A DNA stretch of 63,589 bases, filler included, from an uncultured Methanosarcinales archaeon (GCA_964405295.1; 5 parts of 4 records of this genome joined end to end with filler, not necessarily neighbours in it), one strand, 5' to 3'; shown: positions 39,796-50,450, numbered from the whole stretch's first letter. Notes: generated from the letters alone by a model not told the origin. A program made the numbers and translations.

Positions 39796-39822
39796 TCCGT
39801 AAATACTACTTCGGTAGGAGGA
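39796..39822 (+). promoter_or_regulatory. Putative L1-binding translational operator over the rpl1 RBS
   Basis: tcc-gtaaata-ctac-TTCG-gtag-ga-gga; mimics 23S L1 site strands GUAGGAG and AAAUACUAC. Confidence 0.6.
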
Positions 39823-39827
39823 GAAAA

Positions 39828-40478
39828 ATGAACAAACAATCTATAATCAAAGCTTTAGAAGAGCTAAGAAAGCTTCCAAAAAGAAAATTCTCCCAAAGTG
39901 TAGACCTTGTAATTACTCTTAAGGATCTTGATTTGAAAAAACCAACAGATACTGTTGATTTCTATATGTCTTTACCGGCAAACATAACCAAAAAGAAAAA
40001 GGTATGTGCTTTTGTTGGTGCAGAATTAGCAGATCAAGCTAAGGATCATTGTGATAAAGTAATTCCTGAGCCTGAATTTGGAAAATATGATAAGAAAGCT
40101 ATAAAAAAATTAGCAGAAGAATACGACTATTTTATTGCACAAGCTAATATTATGGTTAAAGTTGCAGCTAAATTTGGTAGGATTCTAGGAACTAGAGGTA
40201 AAATGCCTAATCCTAAAGCAGGATGTGTTGTTCCACCAAAAGGTAATGTTCAATCAGTAGTCGAAAGATTGCAAACAATTATTTCGCTTAAAGCAAGAAA
40301 GTCTCCTGTTGTTCATGCAGCAATTGGAACAGAAGATGCAAGTGATGAAGATATTATTAAAAATGCTACTTCGGTAATTGACCAAGTTATTCATCATCTT
40401 CCTAAAGAAACTTCTAATATTAGAGGTGTTTTTATTAAATTTACAATGAGTAAGCCTATAAAGCTTGAGAAAATATAG
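39828..40478 (+). CDS. rpl1: 50S ribosomal protein L1
   Basis: RKFSQSVDL, GRILGTRGKMPNP, KFTMS. Confidence 0.95.
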   Translation: MNKQSIIKALEELRKLPKRKFSQSVDLVITLKDLDLKKPTDTVDFYMSLPANITKKKKVCAFVGAELADQAKDHCDKVIPEPEFGKYDKKAIKKLAEEYDYFIAQANIMVKVAAKFGRILGTRGKMPNPKAGCVVPPKGNVQSVVERLQTIISLKARKSPVVHAAIGTEDASDEDIIKNATSVIDQVIHHLPKETSNIRGVFIKFTMSKPIKLEKI

Positions 40479-40488
40479 GTTATCAAAG

Positions 40489-41361
40489 ATGGCAGAGAAA
40501 TATAAATCAAAAATTGCACAAGCGAAAAAGGACGCAGTTATTAAGGTCAAAAAGCTTGTTGATAAATACGATGTTATTGCAGTTGTAAACATGGAGAATC
40601 TTACTGCAAGACAACTTCAGATTATGAGGGCTCAACTTAAAGATACTGTTGAAATTTTCATGACAAAAAAAAGAATTATCAGAATTGCTCTTACTGAACA
40701 AGATTCTAAGAAAAAAGGTTTAATTCAACTTGCTGAAAGAATGAAAGGAATGCCTGCGCTTCTATGTTCTAATGATAATCCATTCAAATTATTTAAAATT
40801 TTAAAAAAGAATAAGTCATCTGCACCAATTAAAGCAGGTCAAACCGCTCCAGCAGACATAATTGTTCCTGCAGGACCAACTGGTTTTGCTCCAGGCCCAA
40901 TTATTGGAGAACTTGGTATGTGTAAAATCAAAGCAGGAATTGATGCAGGAAAAGTTATTGTAAAAGAAGATAGTCTTGTTGCAAAAGAAGGTGACGTTAT
41001 TAGTCAAACTCTTGCTGCAGTATTAACAAGGCTAGGAATTGAGCCAATGGAAATCGGTTTAGATCTTGTTGCAGCATATGAAAATGGTGAAATACTTGAT
41101 AAATCCGTTCTTGATATTGATGAAGAAAAGTTTATTGCAGATATGAAATTATTTGCAACAGAATCTCATAATCTTGCAATTTTTGTTGCTCATCCAACTA
41201 AAGATACAATTCATCATTTAATTGGAAAAACAGCAATAGAAACAAGGGGATTAGCAAAGCATGCAAAAATAGTCAATAAAGAAACTGTAAAAGAAATCTT
41301 GGCTGAAGTTCATGCAGGTGTTAGTAATGTTCACGCTAAGCTTCCAAAAGAAGCAAAGTAA
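40489..41361 (+). CDS. rplP0: 50S ribosomal protein L10 (P0)
   Basis: NPFKLF, PAGPTGFAPGPIIGEL, LGIEPMEIGL; start reset to MAEKYK. Confidence 0.95.
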   Translation: MAEKYKSKIAQAKKDAVIKVKKLVDKYDVIAVVNMENLTARQLQIMRAQLKDTVEIFMTKKRIIRIALTEQDSKKKGLIQLAERMKGMPALLCSNDNPFKLFKILKKNKSSAPIKAGQTAPADIIVPAGPTGFAPGPIIGELGMCKIKAGIDAGKVIVKEDSLVAKEGDVISQTLAAVLTRLGIEPMEIGLDLVAAYENGEILDKSVLDIDEEKFIADMKLFATESHNLAIFVAHPTKDTIHHLIGKTAIETRGLAKHAKIVNKETVKEILAEVHAGVSNVHAKLPKEAK

Positions 41362-41397
41362 TGACAAATAGAATAATGTTTATCGGAGGATAATAAA

Positions 41398-41700
41398 ATG
41401 GAATACGTATATGCAGCAGTGCTCTTGCATAAAGCAGAAAAAGAAATTAATGAAGCTTCAATAAAGAAAGTGCTTGAAGCAGTCGGTATAAAAGTTGATG
41501 ATGCTAAAGTTAAAGCTTTAGTTGCAGCATTAGAAGGTGTTAACATTGAGGAAGCAATTAAAACTGCAGCAGTAGCTCCAGTGGCAGCCGTTCCTGTAGC
41601 AAGTGCACCAGCAGCAGACACTCCTAAAAAAGAAGAAAAGAAAGAGGAGAAGAAAGCAGAATCTAATGCAGCTGCAGGTCTAGGTGCTTTATTCGGATAA
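41398..41700 (+). CDS. rpl12: 50S ribosomal protein L12 (P1)
   Basis: [11 protein letters not shown]...[10 protein letters not shown]. Confidence 0.95.
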   Translation: MEYVYAAVLLHKAEKEINEASIKKVLEAVGIKVDDAKVKALVAALEGVNIEEAIKTAAVAPVAAVPVASAPAADTPKKEEKKEEKKAESNAAAGLGALFG

Positions 41701-41770
41701 TTCCGGTTAACGGTGCCAATAAATTCAAAGAATTTAAATTCAAAGAATTTATTGAGCATTTTTATTTTTA
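41701..41770 (+). repeat. 3'-UTR structured repeat, copy 3 (internal 15-bp duplication)
   Basis: ttccg-gttaa-cgg TGCCAAT [aaattcaaagaattt]x2 ATTGAGCA ttttt. Confidence 0.8.
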
Positions 41771-41813
41771 TTATTGTTTTTTAATTTAATAATAGTTAGG
41801 TAAGTGAGAGCAC

Positions 41814-42701
41814 ATGTTAAAACAAGAAGATATCAATAAAATACTTGGTGAATTTGATAACCTTAAGAAAGAGATTAGAAGAAGTAAGCAAGAATTAAAC
41901 AGGCTTAATTCTCAGAAAGAATCTTGGTTTAAGAAAAAGAAAGAAGTTTCTTCTCAAATATTTTCTAAAATTAATGAGTTACGTAGTTCTAAATCTAAAG
42001 TCGCTAATATTAATAAAGAAGTTAAAGTGCTTAAGGATGAGAAAAATACTTTTTCAGGTAAAATAGGGGAATTGATTTCTGAAGTTAAAGAACTTAAACA
42101 AAAGTATCAAGATGAGTGCAATAAACATTCTATAACTGATAGTCCTGGGTTTATGAAGAAAAAGATTGACAAGGTCGAGTTTGCTTTAGAGACATCTGCA
42201 ATTGGTTTTGATCAGGAAAAAAGGCTTAATAAAGAATTAAAAAAGATGAAGAAAGTTTATGCAAAAATGTCCGAAGTTGGAAAAATTTGGGCAATTATTT
42301 CTGCAAAAGAAAAAGAGATTTCTAATTTAAAGAACAAAAAGTTTGGAACTTTAGATAAATTAAAAGAAGATAGTACTCAGAAGTATGGATTAAATGAAGA
42401 TTTTATTTCAAGTTCTCAAGAAATAATGGATCTTAAGAAAACAGAATCTGGTCATTATGATAATTTTATCAAGCTTAAAGAAGAGTTTAAAGTAAAGAAT
42501 GATGGATTAAAAGGCTTGCTTAAGAAAAAAGATGATATGATGGTCACACTTGAGGAAAATAATGTTGTTATGAAGGACATTGCTAAGCGAGCTGAAGAAA
42601 AGATCATAAAAGAAAAGTCTGCTGAAGTTAAAGAAAAGATAAAGAAAAAAGAAAAATTAACTACTGAAGATCTATTAATCTTTCAAAGTGCTAGTAAATA
42701 A
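41814..42701 (+). CDS. Archaeal coiled-coil protein (COG1340-like)
   Basis: Long heptad pattern ending KLTTEDLLIFQ. Confidence 0.75.
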   Translation: MLKQEDINKILGEFDNLKKEIRRSKQELNRLNSQKESWFKKKKEVSSQIFSKINELRSSKSKVANINKEVKVLKDEKNTFSGKIGELISEVKELKQKYQDECNKHSITDSPGFMKKKIDKVEFALETSAIGFDQEKRLNKELKKMKKVYAKMSEVGKIWAIISAKEKEISNLKNKKFGTLDKLKEDSTQKYGLNEDFISSSQEIMDLKKTESGHYDNFIKLKEEFKVKNDGLKGLLKKKDDMMVTLEENNVVMKDIAKRAEEKIIKEKSAEVKEKIKKKEKLTTEDLLIFQSASK

Positions 42702-42743
42702 AAATAAATTTTTAAAAGCACACATTCTCTTACTGTTATTATT

Positions 42744-42816
42744 GCCTCTGTAGCATAGTGGCTAATGCACCTGACTTGTAATCAGGAGATCATGGGTTCA
42801 ACTCCCATCAGAGGCT
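42744..42816 (+). tRNA. tRNA-Thr (UGU), CCA not encoded
   Basis: Acceptor gcctctg/cagaggc; anticodon arm cctga-ctTGTaa-tcagg; T-arm atggg-ttcaact-cccat. Confidence 0.95.
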
Positions 42817-42937
42817 TNNNNNNNNNNNNNNNNNNNNNNNNNNNNNNNNNNNNNNNNNNNNTTAATTAATTAANNNNNNNNNNNNNNNNNNNNNNNNNNN
42901 NNNNNNNNNNNNNNNNNAGAACTCCGTTTGGAATGTT

Positions 42938-43522
42938 TCAAACAACAGGAACATGTTCTGAATGTGGAGGAGTAACATTTATGTTAAGTGCAATTGGACT
43001 ACCGTCAATAATTGTTGTTGTAATACTTCCTCTTACAGATTTCTCTATTGTTGTTGCTATTCCTACGGTATATCTTATATCAAACAAAATAGTTTTTTTA
43101 GAGTCTATAAAACCAAATATGCCTAAATCCACAGCTGTATCAATATTTAATACATCTGTGCCTTGAGTCGCAAAACTATTATTTATTACTCCTCCTGTTT
43201 CCCAAGCCGCATCAGCAATTAAGTCTACACTATAATCAGGAGCTAGCTTTTCTTTGGCATAAATATGAGTTATGACAATACCCTCTGGTAAAAGGTTAGT
43301 AAACGATATTTGTATCAGATTATCATCAGTCGCTGTAGAAGTTACTGCATAAGCACCAGAACAACTCATTACAGAACCAAAGTTACAAGAATCTGGTATA
43401 TAGTTTTCTGGACTTAAAACTCCAAAATAACTTAAAGCACCAATCATAACAAGAATTACTAAGAATGCCCATCCATATGTTGTTAAAAATTCTAGGGCCG
43501 CTTGGCCTTTTTTATTAAACAT
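42938..43522 (-). CDS. Archaeal type IV pilin-like protein (class III signal peptide)
   Basis: KKG/QAALEFLTTYGWAFLVILVMIG. Confidence 0.85.
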   Translation of the reverse strand: MFNKKGQAALEFLTTYGWAFLVILVMIGALSYFGVLSPENYIPDSCNFGSVMSCSGAYAVTSTATDDNLIQISFTNLLPEGIVITHIYAKEKLAPDYSVDLIADAAWETGGVINNSFATQGTDVLNIDTAVDLGIFGFIDSKKTILFDIRYTVGIATTIEKSVRGSITTTIIDGSPIALNINVTPPHSEHVPVV

Positions 43523-43708
43523 CTAAAATCACCTCATATCATATTTTATAATGTAAATGATATTCATAGAGTCAATTTACGTTTATGAATTTATAAATCT
43601 ATTTATTTCTAGAGCATTAATTAATAAAAATTATGCATAAAAGCAAAACTAAAGATTTTTCGGAAAAAAACAACTAAAATAAATAAAGAGTTTAATTTTA
43701 ATAAGAAT

Positions 43709-44065
43709 ATGGACACTTTAGGAAAAATTTCTTTAATCATAAGCATAATAGGAATTATTGCATTATTCTTTGCAGCTAAAACATATAACTTCAACTTAAT
43801 TGGTGCTAACAACTTAACACAAGAAAATATTCAGAAAAGTATAGAACTACAAGGAACAGTTATTGATTATATAAAATTTAATAATTCTTTTATGGTAATA
43901 TTAGAAACAAAATGTACTGTTAATGCATTTTACTATGACAAAGAACAGAAGTTCACAAAACAATCAATAGAAAGCCTCATTAATAAAGAACTAAAGATTA
44001 CAGGGGTATTACAAAAAGGAGCTATTCCAGAAATATCAATAGAAGAACTACAAATAATAGGATAG
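43709..44065 (+). CDS. Membrane-anchored OB-fold-like protein
   Basis: N-terminal TM; IELQGTV...LKITGVLQ...EISIEEL. Confidence 0.6.
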   Translation: MDTLGKISLIISIIGIIALFFAAKTYNFNLIGANNLTQENIQKSIELQGTVIDYIKFNNSFMVILETKCTVNAFYYDKEQKFTKQSIESLINKELKITGVLQKGAIPEISIEELQIIG

Positions 44066-44130
44066 TTCAAAACTTTTATAAATTCTATTAACAAAGACTA
44101 AGATAACTTGAGTTTAAAGGAGGTTAAAAT

Positions 44131-44292
44131 ATGACAAAAGCAATTAAGCATTCTTATGGATGGTCTTTGACAATATTTATTCTAGCAATTATTGTTGCAA
44201 TACTAGGATTAATAAAAATAGAGTTAAGTGTAACATTCTTATTACTAGCAATATTTTTGATGTCTGCAGCAACATTCATCAAAATTCATTAA
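44131..44292 (+). CDS. Small two-TM protein (53 aa), absent from ORF track
   Basis: AGGAGGT RBS; MTKAIKHSYGWSLTIFILAIIVAILGLIKIELSVTFLLLAIFLMSAATFIKIH. Confidence 0.65.
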   Translation: MTKAIKHSYGWSLTIFILAIIVAILGLIKIELSVTFLLLAIFLMSAATFIKIH

Positions 44293-44308
44293 ATTTTTCT
44301 TTTTTTTA

Positions 44309-44345
44309 TTCCGTTTATTAATGCCAATAATTTATTGAGCATAAT
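44309..44345 (+). repeat. 3'-UTR structured repeat, copy 4 (minimal/degenerate)
   Basis: ttccgtttattaa TGCCAATAA t TTATTGAGCA t. Confidence 0.7.
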
Positions 44346-44444
44346 AACTTAATTAGACTTAGCTATATATAATGGTCAAATTTATAAATTCATAGAGTAA
44401 AAATAACATATAACTAGTTATCAATAAAAAGAGGTGCTATTACT

Positions 44445-45020
44445 ATGAAATCTAAAAATAACAAAGCACAATCCTCAGTGGAGTTCTTAACTACATATGG
44501 ATGGATTATGATGGTCGTTCTTCTCGCAATAGGGATTCTTATAAATTATGGGTTTTTTAATCCTAGCAGATACCTGCCTGAAAATGTTGATTTTGGACAA
44601 CAACTTAGAGCAGAAGAATTCTTTGTTGATTCAGATGCACATAATGAAGGCTTAATTGCACTCAGATTTAGAAATAATTTTGCAAGAGACATAAACATCA
44701 CAGAAATGAGGGCTAAATTAAGTGGTGAACAAAATTATGTCAATTGTAATATAGAGGAAGTTAATATTAGCGTTGGTAGAGATGCAATTATTTCCTGTCC
44801 TGGAGTTACATTAAATGATAATGTTAAAAATAATATACAAGTTCAAGTAACCTTTAGAAGAGACTCTCCAGGAACAATAGCTCACAACATATCAGGGACA
44901 ATTTTTGCAGAACCAACAATTGGAGATTACTGCTTTATGGAAGATGATTCAGGAGACCTGATACATTGCTATGATAATAATTTAAATGATTGCAACAATA
45001 ATGCCGGTTGCACCCCATAA
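44445..45020 (+). CDS. Archaeal type IV pilin-like protein (class III signal peptide)
   Basis: NKA/QSSVEFLTTYGWIMMVVLLAIG. Confidence 0.85.
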   Translation: MKSKNNKAQSSVEFLTTYGWIMMVVLLAIGILINYGFFNPSRYLPENVDFGQQLRAEEFFVDSDAHNEGLIALRFRNNFARDINITEMRAKLSGEQNYVNCNIEEVNISVGRDAIISCPGVTLNDNVKNNIQVQVTFRRDSPGTIAHNISGTIFAEPTIGDYCFMEDDSGDLIHCYDNNLNDCNNNAGCTP

Positions 45021-45038
45021 TAATAAAATTTTAAACAA

Positions 45039-46484
45039 ATGGAACAAAAACAAGAAAAACCAAAATCTGTATGGGAACAATTCCTATATGATAATGGGTT
45101 CAAAGAAGAAATTGCAGAAGTTGCAGATGGAATATATGAAAAAACAGGTTATCCTATACCTGCGAAAAGCTTTCGAATAAAAGTAGAAAGTTTTGGAACT
45201 CCTATTGAATCAATATATTACTGGTTTTTAGATCATTTAAAACAAGATCAAGCATATACTGCAGTTGAGAAAATAATAGACACATTTTCAGCAAGTGAAA
45301 GCAGCGCGTTTTGGGGTCAAGCTTCACAAAGAATTGGATTACAACAAGATAAAGCAGGGGGATATTTAAGAATTATTTCTGAACTCATAAAACAATTATT
45401 CCAAATTGTTAGAGAACTAAGAATGATTGATGAAAAACTTGCTGTTAGAAAAGCTTGGCTAGACCCAGAGACAGGAGTAAGATTAAAAAGTGCAGATGTA
45501 ACTCTTAAAAGCGAGTTTGTGGAATTAGTTGAGGGTGGTGCAAAAGAAGTTGGATCAGTTTATGGATTAGCAAGAGAAGTAGGTTACCACATTCTTCCAG
45601 ATTTATTCTTTAACACTCATGTTTACAAGATAAATGCGATAGATGATAAAATTGATAGTATGGAATACAATAAAAGAGTTAAGAATGTCCTAAAAAAGAA
45701 ACTATTCAATTTTCTAAACTGGAAAGAACAAACAGACAAAGAATTTGCCACAAGAAGAGAATTCCAACTTAGATACATGTATCAACACTGGCAAACAATT
45801 AAAACTTATATGAATTGGATGAAACCTTATCTTAGAAACATAAAAAGATTATCCATGAATCAAAAACATATTGAGAGTGCAGATATAATCAGCGCATTTG
45901 AAACCTCAATGATTGAAATTGAAATTCTTGCTCACAAAAAAATAAAAGGCAATGTTCACGCATGCACACTTGCAAACTTTACATACACAACAAAACCAGA
46001 TATGAGTTTTCACACACAAGATTACCAACATAAAGGCCCAGTCCATGTTGGAAGTGTAACAGTTAAACTTAAAGCATATGGTTGGAGCGAACAACAAATT
46101 GAAGCATACAAAAAGTATAAAGAAGATGAAGATCTTGAATTATTAGGTTTAGCAGATAATAAAATACAATCAGCAATGGACATGCTAGGTGATAGTTTTA
46201 AAAAATACTTAGAAGAATGCGGAGAAATTTTTGATAAAAATAAAGAAGAAAAACCAAAACCAAAAGGGCCGCAACAAGAAAGTATACTTGGACCATTCAT
46301 AGCAATCTTCCAAGGATTTGCAGAGATTGGAGGAGGATTTTTTCCTAAAAAACAAAAAGAAGATGATAAAGGTCCTAAACTACCAAAGAAAAGTCATGTC
46401 GAGGATGCAGAGAAAGCTGCGACAATATCAACTTGGTTAGCATATAAAATATATAAAAAAGCAAACGGTATGATAACATGGTAG
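45039..46484 (+). CDS. Large helical hypothetical protein
   Basis: 481-aa ORF in an overlapping operon; no motif recognised. Confidence 0.75.
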   Translation: MEQKQEKPKSVWEQFLYDNGFKEEIAEVADGIYEKTGYPIPAKSFRIKVESFGTPIESIYYWFLDHLKQDQAYTAVEKIIDTFSASESSAFWGQASQRIGLQQDKAGGYLRIISELIKQLFQIVRELRMIDEKLAVRKAWLDPETGVRLKSADVTLKSEFVELVEGGAKEVGSVYGLAREVGYHILPDLFFNTHVYKINAIDDKIDSMEYNKRVKNVLKKKLFNFLNWKEQTDKEFATRREFQLRYMYQHWQTIKTYMNWMKPYLRNIKRLSMNQKHIESADIISAFETSMIEIEILAHKKIKGNVHACTLANFTYTTKPDMSFHTQDYQHKGPVHVGSVTVKLKAYGWSEQQIEAYKKYKEDEDLELLGLADNKIQSAMDMLGDSFKKYLEECGEIFDKNKEEKPKPKGPQQESILGPFIAIFQGFAEIGGGFFPKKQKEDDKGPKLPKKSHVEDAEKAATISTWLAYKIYKKANGMITW

Positions 46485-47017
46485 ATTTAAATAAAACTAG
46501 TAATCTTCCGCCAGAAGAAAGAATTGCAATTCTAAAAAGATTAAAAGAACTTGATGAAGAAAAGATAAAACGAATAGAACAAGAAAAACAAAAGGAACTT
46601 GAAGAACTAAAAAAGAAGTCAAAAAAACTTGAAGATGAATTAAGTGATGAAATAAACGAATCAATAGAAGAACTCACTCAAATTGAAAGCAAAAAATTAC
46701 AGAAAAAACCTAACGAAGAAGAAATAATACAGCAACAAAAAGAAATTAAAGGAGTTAATTATGATTCACTTGTTGATAAACTACGCTCAGAAACAAATGC
46801 AGATAAAAGTAATGCTTACCATATGATAAAAGAATTTGCCCAACATCAAGGAGATCAACAATCAGAACACATATTCAACTATGAATCATTACAAAAAATA
46901 AAATCTGTTGTTGATAAAATGAAAGATGAAGGAGATGAATTTGGTTATAAGAAAAGAATGGGTTATATTTTAGACCAAGCATTTGATAACGTTCAAAAAT
47001 ATGATGGGGATACATAA
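46478..47017 (+). CDS. Hypothetical coiled-coil protein
   Basis: Overlaps both neighbours; charged heptads. Confidence 0.7.
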   Translation: MVDLNKTSNLPPEERIAILKRLKELDEEKIKRIEQEKQKELEELKKKSKKLEDELSDEINESIEELTQIESKKLQKKPNEEEIIQQQKEIKGVNYDSLVDKLRSETNADKSNAYHMIKEFAQHQGDQQSEHIFNYESLQKIKSVVDKMKDEGDEFGYKKRMGYILDQAFDNVQKYDGDT

Positions 47018-48075
47018 TGGCTGTATTTAATACAGGTTATTTTCAATCAATGGACAGAGAATATGTTTCTACGGTAGATCCTGAACACCCAGAACTAGGT
47101 GAACCTATAGAAGCAAAAGACAAACCAATCTCTGGGCTAGGACCAAAACAAATAGGTGTAGGAACAAACCCCTTTGTACACCCAACTCAAGGAGTTGAAG
47201 CAAGACTTCATGATGGTGCATCAAAAATGGAAATTACTTTCTTTGGGAAAGGCAAAGGAAATAAAGATAGCTTCACACCTGAAAGCATTGGTAGAGAAGA
47301 AAGGGAAGAAATAAGAAATTTATTAAAAATTAATGAAGCTAAATTAAGCACTCACGCAAGTGTTGCTGTTGAAGGAGTTGCAGGATTTGGAAGAGAAGGA
47401 TTTGATGACAGACAAAGAGAAACTGCAATGAATGAAATTGAAAAGGCAATTGATTTTGCAGCAGATGCTAGCACCGGCGGCGCAATTGTTTTCCATACAG
47501 GAGAATGGCAAAGACCAATTAGTGAACAAAATTTTACAACTAAGTCCGGAGAGTTTAAAGGATTTAGCACAGAAGAAGATAAAGCCGCACTCTACACTGT
47601 TGACAGATTAAGTGGACAAATTAGTGGCATAAGAAAAGATCAGCTAGTATATGAACCTGAATTCTTAACTGTAAAGAGTTTTTCTGAAACAGAAGGATAT
47701 AATGAGGATAGTAACGGGAACTATATTGATGAAAAAGGTAATGAAGTTTTCACATATATTGGCAAAGATCAATTTAATGGAGACACATATAAGAAATATA
47801 AAGATAAATATGGAAATGAAATATTTGAAGACGAATGGGTTGATCAAAAAGGAAAGTTCATAAGTCCTGATCCATCTCAAACAGAAAGATGGTTTGAAAG
47901 AATACCCAAATGGAATTCAAATAATACAAATTTTGATGTTAAAATGATGAGTTTTGATGACTTTGCAAAACAAGCAGAAAAATTTAATAAAAGACACGGC
48001 CTCAATGTTTCTCCAGAAGAGTTATATGTAAAATCTCAAACCAGCAATAAAGTTCTACAAGCAAAAGGAAGTTCT
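47017..48075 (+). CDS. Xylose-isomerase/AP-endonuclease-like TIM-barrel protein, 3' truncated
   Basis: LSTHAS, EIEKAIDFAA, AIVFHTGE; large insertion follows. Confidence 0.65.
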
Positions 48076-48177
48076 NNNNNNNNNNNNNNNNNNNNNNNNN
48101 NNNNNNNNNNNNNNNNNNNTTAATTAATTAANNNNNNNNNNNNNNNNNNNNNNNNNNNNNNNNNNNNNNNNNNNNCA

Positions 48178-48294
48178 CTTGTTTTAGGGAATCCAATGAG
48201 AATCATCAGAGAACTTACTGATTCTGAAATAGAAGCTAATATTAATAATTCGAAAGCGTATATTAGTTTAGCTAAGGATTACTTTAATGGATAA
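48178..48294 (+). CDS. C-terminal fragment of a gamma-carbonic-anhydrase-like (hexapeptide) protein
   Basis: LVLGNPMRIIRELTDSEIEANINNSKAYISLAKDY. Confidence 0.65.
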   Translation, partial: LVLGNPMRIIRELTDSEIEANINNSKAYISLAKDYFNG

Positions 48295-48877
48295 CTATGA
48301 AATGACCATTGTCGAAGCTGCAAAAGAATATGTTTATCAACTATTAGGAAATGATTCATCTGGCCATGATTATTATCACTCAATTAGAGTTTATAATACT
48401 GCATTAAAAATAGCTAAAAACTATAGTGTTAAAACATTTGTTCTAGCACTTGCGGCGATTTTACATGACTTGGATGATTATAAGATTTCAGAAAACACAA
48501 ATCACGTTAAAGAATTCCTAGATAAACACGGATTATTAGAAAAGTCAGAAATACAAGATATAATTAATAACATGTCTTTCTCTGCACACCTTAAAGGAAA
48601 GACAGTCAACACTATTGAAGGTAAAATAGTACAAGATGCAGATCGCCTAGATGCATTAGGAGCTGTTGGCATTGCCAGATGTTTTACATATTCAGGCTAC
48701 AAAAACAGACCAATGTATAAAGGTCAAAAAGATGATGATTCTAGCATCTCTCATTTCTACCAAAAACTCTTTAAATTACCAGAATTAATGAATACTACTG
48801 AAGCACAAGAAATTGCTTTAGAAAGAGTTAAATTTATGAATGAGTTTTTAAAGAATTTTTATAATGAATGGGAGTGA
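48287..48877 (+). CDS. HD domain phosphohydrolase
   Basis: GHDYYHSIRV, ILHDLDD, VQDADRLDALGA. Confidence 0.9.
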   Translation: MDNYEMTIVEAAKEYVYQLLGNDSSGHDYYHSIRVYNTALKIAKNYSVKTFVLALAAILHDLDDYKISENTNHVKEFLDKHGLLEKSEIQDIINNMSFSAHLKGKTVNTIEGKIVQDADRLDALGAVGIARCFTYSGYKNRPMYKGQKDDDSSISHFYQKLFKLPELMNTTEAQEIALERVKFMNEFLKNFYNEWE

Positions 48878-48880
48878 ATT

Positions 48881-50296
48881 ATGAAAGAGTATAGTTTAAA
48901 AGAATTAAGTAACGGTTTAAATAAAGGAGAATGGACATCAAGAGATTTAGTTAAAATGTATCTAGACGAAATAGATAGAATAGATAAATCCGGTCCTAAA
49001 TTAAATGCGATATCAGAAATTAATCCTGATGCATATAAACTAGCTGACTTATTGGACAAAGAAAGAAGTGATTCAGGTCCTCGTTCAATTCTGCATGGAA
49101 TACCTATTGTTATTAAAGATAACATTAATACTAATGATCAGATGCATACAACGGCGTCTTCATATGCTTTAAAAGACTTTTATGCACCTAAAGATGCGTT
49201 TATTGTAAACAAGCTAAGAGAAGCAGGTATGATTATTCTGGCTAAAACCAATTTATCAGAATTTGCTTACTTTATGAGTAATGAGAATATGCCCTCAGGC
49301 TATGGCAGTTTAAATGGTCAAGTTAAATCACCTTATAGTAATAAGATAGACCCTTTAGGTTCATCTACTGGCTCAGCTGTTGCTGTAGCTAGTAATATGA
49401 TTCCAGTTTCTATTGGAACAGAAACAAATGGGTCATTAATGGCTCCAGCTCAAAACAATTCAATTGTTTCAATAAAACCCACACTTGGTTTAGTGAGTAG
49501 AACCGGTATTATACCTATCAGTCATTTACAAGACACTGCTGGACCTATGGCTAGAACTATAGAAGATGCTGCAATTTTATTAGAAATTTTAGTAGGAAAA
49601 GATCCAGAAGATAACCAAACAAAGAAAATGCCTAAAAAGAGTTACAAATTCAGTAAATTATATAAAAAAGCTACAGCTGATTTAACTATTGCATTCTTAA
49701 GATTTTCAAATGTAAAATATAGTAAAGAAGAAGTTGCTATTTTTGAAGAAGCGAGAGATTTATTAAAACCTAAAGTTGCCAAAATTGTTAGTATTGAACT
49801 AGAGATACCTGACATGCTAAATTATAAAACACTGATATATGATTTTAAGTATAATTTGAATAAGTATTTTGATACAAATAAAAAGAACTTAAAAATTAAA
49901 TCTCTAAAAGAATTAATAGAATTTAATATCAAGAACAAAGATAGATGTTTAAAATATGGTCAATCAATTTTTGAAGCTGCTGAAAAAACACAAGGAACTC
50001 TTACTGAAAAAGAATACCTTAGTGAAAGAACACAAATTGAGAGACAAGCAAATAAATTTACGGCTTTAATGGAAGATAATAATATTGATGTTATTGTAAC
50101 ATCAAGAAGAACCTCTCATGCGCCTGTGGCTGGTAATCCAGTTATAACAGTTCCAGCTAAAGCTTTGACAGATGATAAACCTATAAGTTTGTTCTTTGTA
50201 AGTAAGAAATTTGATGATGAGTTATGTATTCGTGTTTCTTATCAATACGAACAACTAACAAAATATAGATTAAGTCCAAATTTTGAAACACGCTAA
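48881..50296 (+). CDS. Amidase signature family protein
   Basis: IKDNI, GSSTGSA, IGTETNGS. Confidence 0.9.
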   Translation: MKEYSLKELSNGLNKGEWTSRDLVKMYLDEIDRIDKSGPKLNAISEINPDAYKLADLLDKERSDSGPRSILHGIPIVIKDNINTNDQMHTTASSYALKDFYAPKDAFIVNKLREAGMIILAKTNLSEFAYFMSNENMPSGYGSLNGQVKSPYSNKIDPLGSSTGSAVAVASNMIPVSIGTETNGSLMAPAQNNSIVSIKPTLGLVSRTGIIPISHLQDTAGPMARTIEDAAILLEILVGKDPEDNQTKKMPKKSYKFSKLYKKATADLTIAFLRFSNVKYSKEEVAIFEEARDLLKPKVAKIVSIELEIPDMLNYKTLIYDFKYNLNKYFDTNKKNLKIKSLKELIEFNIKNKDRCLKYGQSIFEAAEKTQGTLTEKEYLSERTQIERQANKFTALMEDNNIDVIVTSRRTSHAPVAGNPVITVPAKALTDDKPISLFFVSKKFDDELCIRVSYQYEQLTKYRLSPNFETR

Positions 50297-50312
50297 TTAG
50301 CGTGTTTTTTTT
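50286..50312 (+). terminator. Intrinsic terminator
   Basis: aaacacgcta-at-tagcgtgttt followed by T-run. Confidence 0.7.
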
Positions 50313-50450
50313 GTTTAAAAATGAATATCGCTATATACAAAAATGCGTTGTGTGTTATTTACATGATGTTTTATTAAATTACCTTGACAGACATAGTAAT
50401 TATTGCTATTCTAATAATACATAAAAAGTATAGATAAGGAGATTGTTGTC

